A stretch of DNA of 64,000 nt from an uncultured Saprospiraceae bacterium (GCA_937929835.1 CALFUU010000035.1:10940-74939), one strand, 5' to 3'. Positions 27,942 to 38,194 are shown, numbered from the stretch's first letter. Notes: generated by a model not told the origin, from the letters alone. Numbers and translations are program-made.

Positions 27942-29366
27942 CTAGTTGGCCGTCCGCACAGTAGTCGTTTCATTGATCCAGCAGCCAACCTTAAAGGAAC
28001 TACCAGCCTTGATACTCCTCTGAAAGATGTCCTCTTTCTTAGGCATATACTGCGTATAGGTATTGATCAGCTTACTCGCTTCTGCAGCGGTAGCAGGATC
28101 TTTCTTTGCTTTAATCCATTTATCTATAGCTGGCCAAGTGACTACCTGACTGTCCCAACCTGTACCTGGTCCACAAAGTGGTCCACTAGAAGCATACAGT
28201 TTACCTATGAGTAAATACGGTTCTCCAGAGTTAGGATCATACTGGGCTGCTTGTCTCGCATACTGCCGTGATTTAGGGTAATTCTTGATATCTCCGTAGT
28301 AAATCTTGGCATTGAGCAAGGCATACTTGGCTTTTTTGGCAACGTCATCTGTTGAAGCTATAAACTCATCAAATAACTGGACAGCTTCCTTATATCGGCC
28401 TTCGGTGTAGGCATTATAAGCTCTCTTAAGTGGGCCATCTGGCGGAGGCGGTGTGTAGCAGTTGGTTTGCTTCGCCTGAGCTGCCTCCGTTACAGAAGCG
28501 GACGCTTTATCGCAGCCGCCCCATAAGAGTCTGCTGTAGGTTCTGTTGATGGTCTCGCAGTCTGTAGGGTTGGCCCTCATCAAGGTCAGATATTTGTCTT
28601 CATAATAACGACAATCGTAGAGCCCTTCTATACCTTCTAGATTTTCTAGGCGAGCTGGTGCATAGGCGTTTATGATGTCCCAAGCCTCCTTGTTCTTGCC
28701 GCTTGCAGTTCCATAATTGATAGCAGATAGCAGTGCCGTCGCGTATTGCCTACCTTCCTCTAGAGATATATCTTCAGCTACAATCTTATCTGAGAGCAAT
28801 TTTACAAAAGGATTGATCACAAAGTAGTCTACCTTCTCCCCCTTTCCATCTACGGCTTCTTTGAAGAGCGCATAAGTCTCATCAGGATCGGAATGTTCAT
28901 AATAGTAGTAGTATTGATCAAAGGCCTTCCTGCCCGCTACATAAGCCGGCTCACCAAAGCACTCAACTCGCTTATCATAGATGGCCATAATGGTATCTAG
29001 AAACGCTTCCTTTTCTGCTGCTACTGTGCTGCGCTCATAAAAGAACTTGTAGATCTTTATCCCATCTTCAAACTGGTACTTGATAGAACCATTGGCAGCT
29101 GGTGCTCCATAGTAAGCTTTTTTCCAGAGCGGAAAGGCTTCATCATATTTTTGTGCCTTGACAAGGTCCTTATACAAGACATAAGCTGTACTGACCTCAT
29201 CATTGGCTCCAGGGCTTAATTCATCTAGCGTGAGGCAAGGATTGTTCACTTTAGGTTTTTCTACTACAGGTGGCGGAGGTGCTTCCACAACAGTTTCCGA
29301 CACCTTAGGCGTGCAGGCTAGACCTACCATAACAACTATTAGCAAGAGATATTTGAGCTTATTCAT
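27942..29366 (-). CDS. TPR-repeat lipoprotein (paralogue of 32372-33796)
   Basis: lipobox GLAC, Pro-rich linker, TPR helices, PYLLIG.LYA, KVGCWINE. Confidence 0.8.
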   Translation of the reverse strand: MNKLKYLLLIVVMVGLACTPKVSETVVEAPPPPVVEKPKVNNPCLTLDELSPGANDEVSTAYVLYKDLVKAQKYDEAFPLWKKAYYGAPAANGSIKYQFEDGIKIYKFFYERSTVAAEKEAFLDTIMAIYDKRVECFGEPAYVAGRKAFDQYYYYYEHSDPDETYALFKEAVDGKGEKVDYFVINPFVKLLSDKIVAEDISLEEGRQYATALLSAINYGTASGKNKEAWDIINAYAPARLENLEGIEGLYDCRYYEDKYLTLMRANPTDCETINRTYSRLLWGGCDKASASVTEAAQAKQTNCYTPPPPDGPLKRAYNAYTEGRYKEAVQLFDEFIASTDDVAKKAKYALLNAKIYYGDIKNYPKSRQYARQAAQYDPNSGEPYLLIGKLYASSGPLCGPGTGWDSQVVTWPAIDKWIKAKKDPATAAEASKLINTYTQYMPKKEDIFQRSIKAGSSFKVGCWINETTTVRTAN

Positions 29367-29457
29367 ATCAAGGCTTTGTTCATTAGATGCTAAAATTACG
29401 TAGAGGGTTCTAAAGGACTTCTTAAAATGCCTATAATTACTGCTTAAATAACGCTAG

Positions 29458-30552
29458 ATGAGCAAAAAAAAATTGTTAGTCCTCACTGGAGGAGGTGATT
29501 GCCCAGGCCTTAATGCCGTCATAAGAGGCATCCAGAAAGCCGCTACACAAGATGGTGAGTGGGAAGTATATGGCAGTATAGAAGCCTTTAATGGAATAAT
29601 GCGTACGCCTACTGAGATTATCAAACTGACCCCTTCAAAAGTTGGCGGCATCCATGTCAAGGGAGGGACCATCCTCAAGACAACGAACAAGGGCAATCCT
29701 CTGTCCTTCCCTGTCGAGCATAAAGATGGGAGCATCACCTACAGAGACATCAGCGCAGACCTTGTCAAGAAGATACAAAAAGCAGGATTTGATGCTGTTA
29801 TCAATATCGGTGGAGACGGGTCACAAGCTATCTCCAAAGCCCTCTATGATAAGGGGCTCAATATCATAGGCGTCCCTAAGACCATAGATAATGACCTGAG
29901 TGCAACAGACATCACTTTTGGTTTTAGCACTGCTGTGCAGATAGCTACAGATGCCTTTGATAAGCTCGTCACTACAGCCAGCAGCCATAATCGGGTGATG
30001 ATACTAGAAGTTATGGGTCGCGATGCGGGATGGATTGCGCTCCATACAGCTATAGCGGGAGGGGCAGAACTCTGCTTGATTCCAGAGATTCCCTTTAACT
30101 TAGACACAGTCATCAAGGTGATCAATAAGCGCTACAAAAAAGGCAGAGGCTTTGTCAATATCGTCATCGCCGAAGGTGCCAAGCTAGATGGCAAGACCAT
30201 AGGTAAAATGGCCGAAGGCGATATGAACATCAAACTAGGTGGCGTCGGCAATGCCCTCAGAAAAGCACTAGAAGACCACGGCTGCGAACCAGATGTCAGA
30301 GTTGCTGTGCTCGGCCATATACAGCGTGGAGGTACGCCCGTAGCTTTTGATAGGATCTTAGCGACAGCCTTTGGTGTAAGGGCTTTTGAGTTGGCTAAGA
30401 AGGGTCGCTTTGGTCGGATGGTCACCTATACCAACAATGACATCAAAGACACGACCCTAGCGAAGGCTATCAAAGATTACAACTATGTCAAGAAGAGTAA
30501 TTTCTTGATTAAGACGGCTAAGCAGGTGGGGATTTCTTTTGGAAACAGGTAG
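29458..30552 (+). CDS. pfkA: 6-phosphofructokinase
   Basis: TGGGDCPGLN, GGDGS, PKTIDND, EVMGRDAGW, LGHIQRGG. Confidence 0.95.
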   Translation: MSKKKLLVLTGGGDCPGLNAVIRGIQKAATQDGEWEVYGSIEAFNGIMRTPTEIIKLTPSKVGGIHVKGGTILKTTNKGNPLSFPVEHKDGSITYRDISADLVKKIQKAGFDAVINIGGDGSQAISKALYDKGLNIIGVPKTIDNDLSATDITFGFSTAVQIATDAFDKLVTTASSHNRVMILEVMGRDAGWIALHTAIAGGAELCLIPEIPFNLDTVIKVINKRYKKGRGFVNIVIAEGAKLDGKTIGKMAEGDMNIKLGGVGNALRKALEDHGCEPDVRVAVLGHIQRGGTPVAFDRILATAFGVRAFELAKKGRFGRMVTYTNNDIKDTTLAKAIKDYNYVKKSNFLIKTAKQVGISFGNR

Positions 30553-30576
30553 GCTGCGCGCGGAAGCTCTTCTTAT

Positions 30577-30923
30577 TAGTGCAGAGTTTTTTAGTGCAGA
30601 GTGCAGAGTGGGGCTTAAGGGCTGAACGCGATGGTGCTGCTTCTAATTGTGAATGTTCGACCACCTGCGCTCTCGGGCTCTGCTTTCTAGTGCATAGTTT
30701 TTTAGTGCAGAGTGCAGAGTGGGGGCTGGAGGGCCGAACGCGATGGCGCTGCTTCTAATTGTGAATGTTGAATTATGAATTAACTACCGATCGACCACCT
30801 ACGCTCTTGGGCTGGGCTTACTAGTGCATAGTTTTTTAGTGCAGAGTGCATAGTGGGGGCTGGCGGGCTGAACGCGATGGTGCTGCTTCTAATCGTGAAT
30901 GTTGAATTTATGAATTCACTGAC
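30577..30923. repeat. three imperfect tandem units (starts 30577, 30688, 30822) built from heptamer sub-repeats
   Basis: ~80-bp core TAGTGCA(G/T)AGTTTTTTAGTGCAGAGTGCA..GAACGCGATGG(T/C)GCTGCTTCTAAT(T/C)GTGAATGTT in all three; periods 111 and 134 bp. Confidence 0.92.
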
Positions 30924-31071
30924 TTTCAATAAGCTTTCTAGTGTGGAGGAGTAGAGGAATCTTGTTCTTTAGTCCCACTGGGTCTTAACGCAAGGGCTGT
31001 TCATTTTGTAAGAAACTCAGACAAGTCTTAGGGATTTAGTAGGCTTTGGGAACCAATCCAAGCTTTCATTG

Positions 31072-31124
31072 GTATACAAATTGTAATATACATTTTGTAA
31101 TATACAATTTGTATACTACTTTTG
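31072..31124 (+). promoter_or_regulatory. promoter (-33 TTTG 31094-31097, -7 TACTTTTG 31117-31124) overlapped by three 14-bp palindromic repeats
   Basis: TATACAAATTGTAA / TATACATTTTGTAA / TATACAATTTGTAT; 19-nt -33/-7 spacing. Confidence 0.75.
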
Positions 31125-31171
31125 ATATAACGCTAGCAACAGAGACAAGCTCATAGTGAAGAACAAACCGA

Positions 31172-32305
31172 ATGACTGAGATTAAAAATCCATTTATAAC
31201 AAAGGGCTATATCAGCAAGGAATACTTCTGTGACAGAGAAGAAGAGACAGCTGACATCCTATCTGCTATCAACAATGGCAGAGATCTTATCCTCTACGGA
31301 AAGCGTAAAATGGGTAAATCAGCACTCATTAAGCACGTATTTCACCAACTGGACAACAAAATCATTTCGATTTGGGTGGACCTCCTGCCTTCAGTCAACT
31401 TTAATGACTTTCTGACGCTTACAGCCAATGCAGTGCTCAGTGCCTTTGAAGAAGAGGACCCGCTTTATAAAAAGATCTGGGCAGGAATGAAAAAGCTAAG
31501 GCCTACCGTCACCTATGATGAAGTGTCGGGCACACCAAATGTTTCCTTTGATCTTAGTGATACCTCAGCACGAATCGATACATTTTCAAAACTGATAAGG
31601 CTCCTCTCCAGCAGCTCTAAGAAAGTCGTGATTGCCCTTGATGAGTTTCAGCAAATACAAGAATATCCAGAAAAGAATATAGCAGAACACTTAAGAACGC
31701 TACTCCAATCTCTACCCAATGTCACCGTCATATTTTCTGGGAGTGATCAGCATATGCTCTTGGATATGTTTAACAAAATAGATCAGCCCTTCTATGAATT
31801 TGGTCAACATCTCAAATTAGGCCCCATAGATTCTGATAAATACGTTGACTTTATCGAAGCCCACTTCAAAAAGAATAAAAGAAAAATAGAACGCGGCGAC
31901 ATCTACAACATCATCGAATGGTGTAACCACAGAACGATGAACATTCAAATACTCGCCAATCGACTCTATAGTCTACATCAAAAAACCATTACTGAGGCCG
32001 ATATCCAAAATATGAAAGACACTATCCTCAAAGAAAAAGAGGACATCTATTATACACTAAAGAGAGTTGTGAGCAAAGGTCAATGGAAAGTTTTGTCTGC
32101 CTTTGCAAGAGAAGGGAAAGTATATGCGCCTTATGGAAAAGCCTTTATGCAGAAGTATGGCTTTACTAACTCCTCGATTATACGGCGTGTCGTTCAGTTC
32201 TGCCTAGACAAAGGCCTACTCTACCAAAGCCACGATGGAGAAGAAAGCTTCTTTGAGTTGGACGATGTATTTCTGAGGCGATGGGTGGAGATGACGACGG
32301 TCTAG
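31172..32305 (+). CDS. AAA+/'archaeal ATPase'-type P-loop ATPase with probable C-terminal winged helix
   Basis: NPF..F.DRE.E, Walker A GKRKMGKS, Walker B IALDEFQ, IFSGS; C-terminal L.DKGLL..D.FL..W. Confidence 0.85.
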   Translation: MTEIKNPFITKGYISKEYFCDREEETADILSAINNGRDLILYGKRKMGKSALIKHVFHQLDNKIISIWVDLLPSVNFNDFLTLTANAVLSAFEEEDPLYKKIWAGMKKLRPTVTYDEVSGTPNVSFDLSDTSARIDTFSKLIRLLSSSSKKVVIALDEFQQIQEYPEKNIAEHLRTLLQSLPNVTVIFSGSDQHMLLDMFNKIDQPFYEFGQHLKLGPIDSDKYVDFIEAHFKKNKRKIERGDIYNIIEWCNHRTMNIQILANRLYSLHQKTITEADIQNMKDTILKEKEDIYYTLKRVVSKGQWKVLSAFAREGKVYAPYGKAFMQKYGFTNSSIIRRVVQFCLDKGLLYQSHDGEESFFELDDVFLRRWVEMTTV

Positions 32306-32312
32306 ATAGAAC

Positions 32313-32350
32313 AAAAAAAGGCGGCACCTGAATCTTCAGATTCCGCCTTT
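32313..32350 (-). terminator. intrinsic terminator between convergent genes
   Basis: minus strand AAAGGCGGAATCTGAA-GA-TTCAGGTGCCGCCTTT then T-run. Confidence 0.75.
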
Positions 32351-32371
32351 AATTATCATACAAAGATACGC

Positions 32372-33796
32372 TTACTGGTATCTTACTTTTACTGTCTCTC
32401 CTATCCAGCAACCCACTTTCTCAGAGTCACCTTTCTTGACACCTCTCATAAATCCTTCGTTAGAATCTGGAAGAGAAGATCTGTACTTACTTGCTTTCTT
32501 GCCAGCTTCTTCTGCTACATTTGGATCAATTGATTTCGCATAGTTGTACTTATCTATAGCAGCGATAATCGCCAATCTCTGATTCCACGAGTCGCCGCAA
32601 TTTCTTGCAGTTGTCGCATAGAGATCACCGATCAACATATATGGTCTACCGTAGTTAGGTCTAAGCTTAGCTGCTGCAAGGGCTGTCTTTCTCGCATCAC
32701 TATACTTCTTTAACTTTCTCCCTTGGATAGAGGCCTTGGAGAACATATAGCCTGCCTTTTTGCTAGGATCTGTCTCCGCATTGATGGCTTCGTCATATTT
32801 TGAAACTGCACCAGCGTAGTCTCCTGCATCGTAGGCTTTCTTTGCGAGGATAGCTGGGTTATTGGCTTCGAACTCGGCCTTCCTTGCTGCATTGGTTGTC
32901 GCTGCATAAGTCTTCCACTTTCCATCTAGTTCTACCAAGAGAGGATCATCCTCAGCACAACCTCTTTTCTTAAGCAGGCCTACGAGGTTCTTTAACTGCT
33001 CCATATTTTCTGGGTCAGCATCATAAAGGGCCTTGTATTTTGGCTTGAAGTAATCGCAGTCAAAAATCTCCGTCTCGATAGGACCAAACTTAGATTGTGC
33101 CGCCTTCCAAGCTTGATCATAATAAGCACCAAGTCTCTCGTTATTTTCTAAGTTATACTTTGCGATACCTTCCATTTTTTGAAAGTACTCTACAGCTTGC
33201 TCTTTTTCGATTTTACCTTTCTGAAACTGGTATACGACGATAGACGCCAAAGGGTCAAAAACCGTATACTCTACATCGTTGCCAGACAACTCTATCGCTT
33301 TATTGAGCGCTTCCAAGTTTTTAGAGTAAGGAGAATTCAATGTATAGAACATGTCATAGGCTTTTCTGCCATAGACATACCCAATTTTAGACTGGATACA
33401 TTCTGGCTTGCCGACACACTTAGTAGGGATGACACTACCATCCTCATAAGCTGCTATAGCCTCATCATACAGCCTGTCGATAGTTGCTTTGTATTCTTCC
33501 TTTTTTGCAGCGTCTGTTTCGTTCTGAAACTTATTGACATAAATCTTGACACCATCAATGAAGTGATAGTCTCTCTTACCATCTGCTGCGGGTGCCAATT
33601 CATATGCTTTTTGCCAGTTCTCAAAGGCTAATGCCCAATCCTCTGACTTGATAGCTTGTCTGTAAATAGAGTGTGCATTAGATGCATCATCCATAAAGGA
33701 TTCTCCCTCCCAATTCTTGAAACTCTGAGAGAACGCTACTTCTGTAAAGCCCATCAAAAGGACTGCTCCTAGTAGTATTGATTTTGCTATGCTCAT
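32372..33796 (-). CDS. exported TPR-repeat protein
   Basis: signal peptide, TPR helices, PYMLIGDLYA, KVGCWIGE. Confidence 0.8.
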   Translation of the reverse strand: MSIAKSILLGAVLLMGFTEVAFSQSFKNWEGESFMDDASNAHSIYRQAIKSEDWALAFENWQKAYELAPAADGKRDYHFIDGVKIYVNKFQNETDAAKKEEYKATIDRLYDEAIAAYEDGSVIPTKCVGKPECIQSKIGYVYGRKAYDMFYTLNSPYSKNLEALNKAIELSGNDVEYTVFDPLASIVVYQFQKGKIEKEQAVEYFQKMEGIAKYNLENNERLGAYYDQAWKAAQSKFGPIETEIFDCDYFKPKYKALYDADPENMEQLKNLVGLLKKRGCAEDDPLLVELDGKWKTYAATTNAARKAEFEANNPAILAKKAYDAGDYAGAVSKYDEAINAETDPSKKAGYMFSKASIQGRKLKKYSDARKTALAAAKLRPNYGRPYMLIGDLYATTARNCGDSWNQRLAIIAAIDKYNYAKSIDPNVAEEAGKKASKYRSSLPDSNEGFMRGVKKGDSEKVGCWIGETVKVRYQ

Positions 33797-33814
33797 AATC
33801 CGTTAATTTATTTC

Positions 33815-35170
33815 TTAGTTGTATTTTCTCTTTATAAACCACTCGTCATCATTGAAAGTAAAACTGAAAGTCAATCTCACATATCTTTCTTCTATGACGG
33901 TATTTCTTCCTTTAAGTCCCAAGGTCAAACCAAGATTGGCGTGGGATATTTTCCTCTGGTAAAAGAAAGGCAATCCTAAGCCAAACGTTAATCCCATATC
34001 CTCAAGATCTACTCCATTATTGGCGGGTATCTCTGTCGGTAACTTGTGGAAGAAACCTCCAAATCGGTAGTAGACTCTAGAAAAGTAGTTTCCTACCGAC
34101 TTATAGTTAGGACGAATATATCCGCCAAAGGATAATTTATAAGTGTCCTTTAAGTTTCCGTTAACTAAGCTGTAGTTGGCTTGTGACCAATTTGTCATTG
34201 TATAATTGACTCCTAGAGACAGCTTCTCTCCACTATAGAAGGTAGCACCGACACCCAATTCGCTAGGCAAATTGCTCCGTATATCCGTCTGTGTACTGCT
34301 ACTTAAGGTATCACGATTGACCGCATTACCTTGGAAAAATGCTGCAGTACCTTCAAAAGTGGTCAAATCTGTTGATAACCCAGATTGTGAGTTGCCGTGA
34401 ATTCCAAAAGTGATTCTTCTATCCTTTTTTACCAGAGAGTCTTTGTCCTTAACTCCACTACCGAGATTTAGCGTATATAAGGCTCCAGCCCGCCATAGAA
34501 ATCCCCTATAGCCAAAGCGCTCTTCCAATAAAGCGGTCTCTGAGTTTATATCAGCGAGTCTGATGATATTCTGAGTCAGGTTCTGACCAAATAGATACCC
34601 TAGATTGACGCCAGCAGAAAATTGCTTATATCTAAACCCAGTGCTCCAAGTAAAATCAAAGATGCCTCCTGAGCCCTGAAAGTTCCGTTCTACCGCACCT
34701 ATATCATCCAATAATATAGTAGAGCTAACATCATAGCCTACACGCGTAAAAGGCTTAAGTGTAAAGCCCATCCCAAAGCTATAATCCCTTTTCTTCCTGT
34801 CAAGTATATCATTGACCACATTCTGAAGAGGAAAAGCAAAGGAGATATACGAGATATTGCCCGTCCATATTTCTGCTTGGTTACCATTGCGCTCAGTAAA
34901 AGAGGAATTTCTGGCTTGGATTCCGATGTCAAATGAAGTCGCTCGTAGGTAAGCCAAACTAGCTGGATTGACTACATTAATATCGTATCCACTGTGAAAG
35001 GTCGCTCCGAGGCCACCCATCGTCTGACTGGCGACGAAGTTATTATCAGCGATATCTCCAAATCCAAATCTGGAATACGGAGAATTGTCTTTCGGCTGAG
35101 CAAAGAGCATCAAGGGTAAAAACCCGAGCGCAAATACAGCCTTTTTAATGATTGTGTTCAAGAATTGCAT
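33815..35170 (-). CDS. outer-membrane beta-barrel protein (FadL-like) typically found next to coaX
   Basis: NSPYSRFG.G, NPASL, C-terminal W F.KRKY; start taken at ATG 35170. Confidence 0.75.
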   Translation of the reverse strand: MQFLNTIIKKAVFALGFLPLMLFAQPKDNSPYSRFGFGDIADNNFVASQTMGGLGATFHSGYDINVVNPASLAYLRATSFDIGIQARNSSFTERNGNQAEIWTGNISYISFAFPLQNVVNDILDRKKRDYSFGMGFTLKPFTRVGYDVSSTILLDDIGAVERNFQGSGGIFDFTWSTGFRYKQFSAGVNLGYLFGQNLTQNIIRLADINSETALLEERFGYRGFLWRAGALYTLNLGSGVKDKDSLVKKDRRITFGIHGNSQSGLSTDLTTFEGTAAFFQGNAVNRDTLSSSTQTDIRSNLPSELGVGATFYSGEKLSLGVNYTMTNWSQANYSLVNGNLKDTYKLSFGGYIRPNYKSVGNYFSRVYYRFGGFFHKLPTEIPANNGVDLEDMGLTFGLGLPFFYQRKISHANLGLTLGLKGRNTVIEERYVRLTFSFTFNDDEWFIKRKYN

Positions 35171-35864
35171 TAAGTCCTTTAAGTAGGAAATTAGGAGCCA
35201 CAAATATCTTAGAATCTAAGTGTTCTCCAAAATAAGTGGCATCACCACCAGTTAATATAACGGTCATTTTACCTCTTTTCTTGGTTAAAGTTTTGATAAA
35301 AGCCTCAATTTCAAGTTTTATACCCCAAACTGCACCATTCTGAAGCGCCTCTTTGGTACTCATTCCAAGTTGCGCATCATTCCAGCTTCTAGATACTAGA
35401 GGCAAAGCAGAGGTAAAATGGTGCATCGCCTTTAATCTTAATTCTACACCAGGAGCAATATTACCCCCTAAGTAGGTCTTACCCTTTTCTAGATAATCAT
35501 AAGTCATACAAGTCCCTATATCTATGACAAGGGCAGATTGTCCAGGATATGTGACGGCTGCAGCAACCATAACTGCTAGTCTGTCTAGCCCAAGTGTCTG
35601 AGGTGTGCCGTATTCATTTTTGATGGGTACTTTGGTCTTATGGCTAAGCGTCAGCAACTTATGATGCTTAGCTAGATAGCTCAGAAAATATGGCTTTTCC
35701 TTTCTGACAGATGATACTATAGATCTAGAGAAGGGATACTCTGCGTGTAGGGCTTTGATATCCTTGACTAAGACCTTCTTATGTCTCGAGACCTCCAGTA
35801 ACTCACCATCTTGGTAGATGGCCAACTTCATAAAGCTGTTTCCTATGTCGACGATGAGGTTCAT
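35145..35864 (-). CDS. coaX: type III pantothenate kinase
   Basis: DIGNS..K, SSV, LGLDR, VIDIGTC.T.D, GGNIAPG, TGGD. Confidence 0.95.
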   Translation of the reverse strand: MNLIVDIGNSFMKLAIYQDGELLEVSRHKKVLVKDIKALHAEYPFSRSIVSSVRKEKPYFLSYLAKHHKLLTLSHKTKVPIKNEYGTPQTLGLDRLAVMVAAAVTYPGQSALVIDIGTCMTYDYLEKGKTYLGGNIAPGVELRLKAMHHFTSALPLVSRSWNDAQLGMSTKEALQNGAVWGIKLEIEAFIKTLTKKRGKMTVILTGGDATYFGEHLDSKIFVAPNFLLKGLNAILEHNH

Positions 35865-35872
35865 AATCGAGA

Positions 35873-37402
35873 TTAGTGCTTGAAATGGCGTATACCCGTG
35901 AGGACCATAGGTAGTCCATTTTCATTACAATAATTGATACTCAGGTCATCCTTTATAGAACCACCTGGCTGAATAATCGCTTGTATACCTGCCTTATGTG
36001 CAATCTCCACACAATCAGGAAAGGGAAAAAAGGCATCTGACGCCATAACTGCTCCTGCGGTGTCAAAGCCAAACTTATGCGCCTTGGCGATGGCCTGAAG
36101 GCAGGCATCTACTCTCGAGGTCTGCCCGCAACCCATACCTAATAGTTGTTTGTCCTTGACTAAGACTATGGTATTAGACTTGAGGTGCTTGGCCAGCTTA
36201 CCAGCAAAAAGGAGATCTTCTACTTGCTCTGGAGAGGGTTGTTTGTCTGTGACACACTTCAGGTCTTGCTCTGTCTCTACTCTGAGATCAGTGTCTTGAG
36301 CGATAACCCCATTGAGGATACTCTTGTGGCTTTGCAGCTGCCGAGCGTAGGTTTTTATTTTGAGGAGTACCCTTTTTTTCTTTTGAGTCAGTAACTCTTT
36401 TGCTTCTGTGTCAAAGTCAGGAGCGATAAGCACTTCATAGAAGAGCTTGTTGATTTCTTCCGCTGTCTGAAGATCAATCTTTGTATTGGATATTAATATA
36501 CCGCCGAAGGCTGAGACATTATCTCCTGCAAGAGCTGCTTCCCAAGCTGCACTTACACGCTCTCTTGTCGCTACCCCGCAAGCGTTGGTATGCTTTAATA
36601 TAGCAAAGGTAGGCGGCGCATCTTGGAACTCAGACATCAACTGTACTGCTGCATCTACATCCACCAGATTATTGAAGGATAAGGCCTTTCCTGAGATCTT
36701 ATCAAATACCGCCTCTAAGTCCCCAAAATAGGTAGCTGCTTGATGTGGATTCTCTCCATACCGCAAACTCTCTCCTTGATTGTACGATTGCTTGAAGCTA
36801 GGTTCAGAAACCAAACCTCCGCTATTGAAATAATTGAAGATGGCTGTGTCATAATGAGAAGAGGTCATAAAGGCTCTAGCGGCCATCAACTTTCTCTCTT
36901 CTAGAGTAGAGGTAGCATCCTTTTCTAGGATCTGCTCTAGAAAGCCGTATTGGTCTTGAGACGGGATTATCAGGACATCATTAAAATTCTTAGCGGCAGC
37001 TCTAATAAGAGCTATCCCACCTATGTCAATCTTCTCGATAATCTTTGCCTCATCGGCGGTGCTCTTGACAGTATCCTCAAAGGGATAAAGATCGACTACA
37101 ACTAGGTCTATTTCGGGAATCTCATATTGATCTAGTTGAGATAAGTGATCTGCCTCTCTTCTAGCCAGTATACCTCCGAAGACTTTAGGGTGTAACGTCT
37201 TGACACGACCATCTAATATAGAAGGGTAAGATGTCAGGTCCTCCACCTTTTCTGGTTTGAGCCCATTGTCTTCTAGATGTCGGAAGGTCCCTCCTGTAGA
37301 GTAGATGGTTATATCTGAGTCTTTGAGTAAACTAATAACCTTATCGAGACCACTTTTGTCATAAACGGAAATGAGCGCTGATTTTATCTTCTTATTAGAC
37401 AT
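35873..37402 (-). CDS. purH: AICAR transformylase/IMP cyclohydrolase
   Basis: ALISVYDK, GRVKTLHP, IDIGG, LRYGENPHQ, KHTNACG, SDAFFPF, RHFKH. Confidence 0.98.
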   Translation of the reverse strand: MSNKKIKSALISVYDKSGLDKVISLLKDSDITIYSTGGTFRHLEDNGLKPEKVEDLTSYPSILDGRVKTLHPKVFGGILARREADHLSQLDQYEIPEIDLVVVDLYPFEDTVKSTADEAKIIEKIDIGGIALIRAAAKNFNDVLIIPSQDQYGFLEQILEKDATSTLEERKLMAARAFMTSSHYDTAIFNYFNSGGLVSEPSFKQSYNQGESLRYGENPHQAATYFGDLEAVFDKISGKALSFNNLVDVDAAVQLMSEFQDAPPTFAILKHTNACGVATRERVSAAWEAALAGDNVSAFGGILISNTKIDLQTAEEINKLFYEVLIAPDFDTEAKELLTQKKKRVLLKIKTYARQLQSHKSILNGVIAQDTDLRVETEQDLKCVTDKQPSPEQVEDLLFAGKLAKHLKSNTIVLVKDKQLLGMGCGQTSRVDACLQAIAKAHKFGFDTAGAVMASDAFFPFPDCVEIAHKAGIQAIIQPGGSIKDDLSINYCNENGLPMVLTGIRHFKH

Positions 37403-37427
37403 ATACGGGATATTGCTGTTAAGGCTG

Positions 37428-37435
37428 CAAAAGTA
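37428..37435 (-). promoter_or_regulatory. -7 promoter box for purH operon
   Basis: TACTTTTG(C) 25 nt upstream of ATG. Confidence 0.6.
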
Positions 37436-37491
37436 CTGAAAGGCTAGAGATTCTAGCTACCAAGAAGTCGCTCAGATAATAAATGCCTAGG

Positions 37492-38079
37492 TTAACTTCT
37501 GAAGTCTAGAATATTCCCCATTTCATAACAGATCCTACAGCGTGGCTCATAGATGTCTTTCTCTCCGAGGACAACTCTTTCTTTGTCTGATGATAATCTG
37601 TAAGAATGTGTTGCCAGGCTGCCACAATGTGGACAGATCGCATGGACTTTGGTAATATACTCTGCTACTGCTAGTAGATGTGGAATTGGTCCAAACGGGA
37701 TACCTTGGAAGTCCATATCAAGTCCTGCCACCACTACTCTTATCCCCTTTACGGCCAACTTTTGGCAAACACTGGTCAACTCATCGTCAAAAAATTGTGC
37801 CTCGTCAATACCGACCACATTGACTTCGCTGACGTGATCATATATGTCTGTACTCTTAGAGAGGGAGAGTGAAGAGATGGCCTTATCATCGTGCGATACG
37901 ACCGCATCATCAGCATATCTCGTGTCCTGATTCGGTTTGAAAATCTGTACTTTTTGGTTGGCGATCTTAGCGCGATTCAACCTTCTTATGAGTTCCTCTG
38001 TTTTCCCAGAAAACATCGACCCGCATATGACCTCGATCCAGCCACTACGCTGGCCTCTGAAATTGGGTTCTAAAAACAT
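37492..38079 (-). CDS. tdk: thymidine kinase
   Basis: GSMFSGKTEEL, IDEAQFF, AGLDMDF, C..C and YEPRCR.C. Confidence 0.97.
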   Translation of the reverse strand: MFLEPNFRGQRSGWIEVICGSMFSGKTEELIRRLNRAKIANQKVQIFKPNQDTRYADDAVVSHDDKAISSLSLSKSTDIYDHVSEVNVVGIDEAQFFDDELTSVCQKLAVKGIRVVVAGLDMDFQGIPFGPIPHLLAVAEYITKVHAICPHCGSLATHSYRLSSDKERVVLGEKDIYEPRCRICYEMGNILDFRS

Positions 38080-38194
38080 TATGAGAAACTAATTATTGAG
38101 TAAAAGCAGTTAAATCAATGTGAAATCATCTAAAACATAGATGTAATCGGTCAAAATAGGAATTATAATTGCAAAGTAAAAAGAAAAGGAAACA

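Noticed and set aside
30577..30923. CRISPR array
   Set aside because: Core is ~80 bp, the intervening segments resemble each other rather than being unique spacers, and there are no cas genes in the window.
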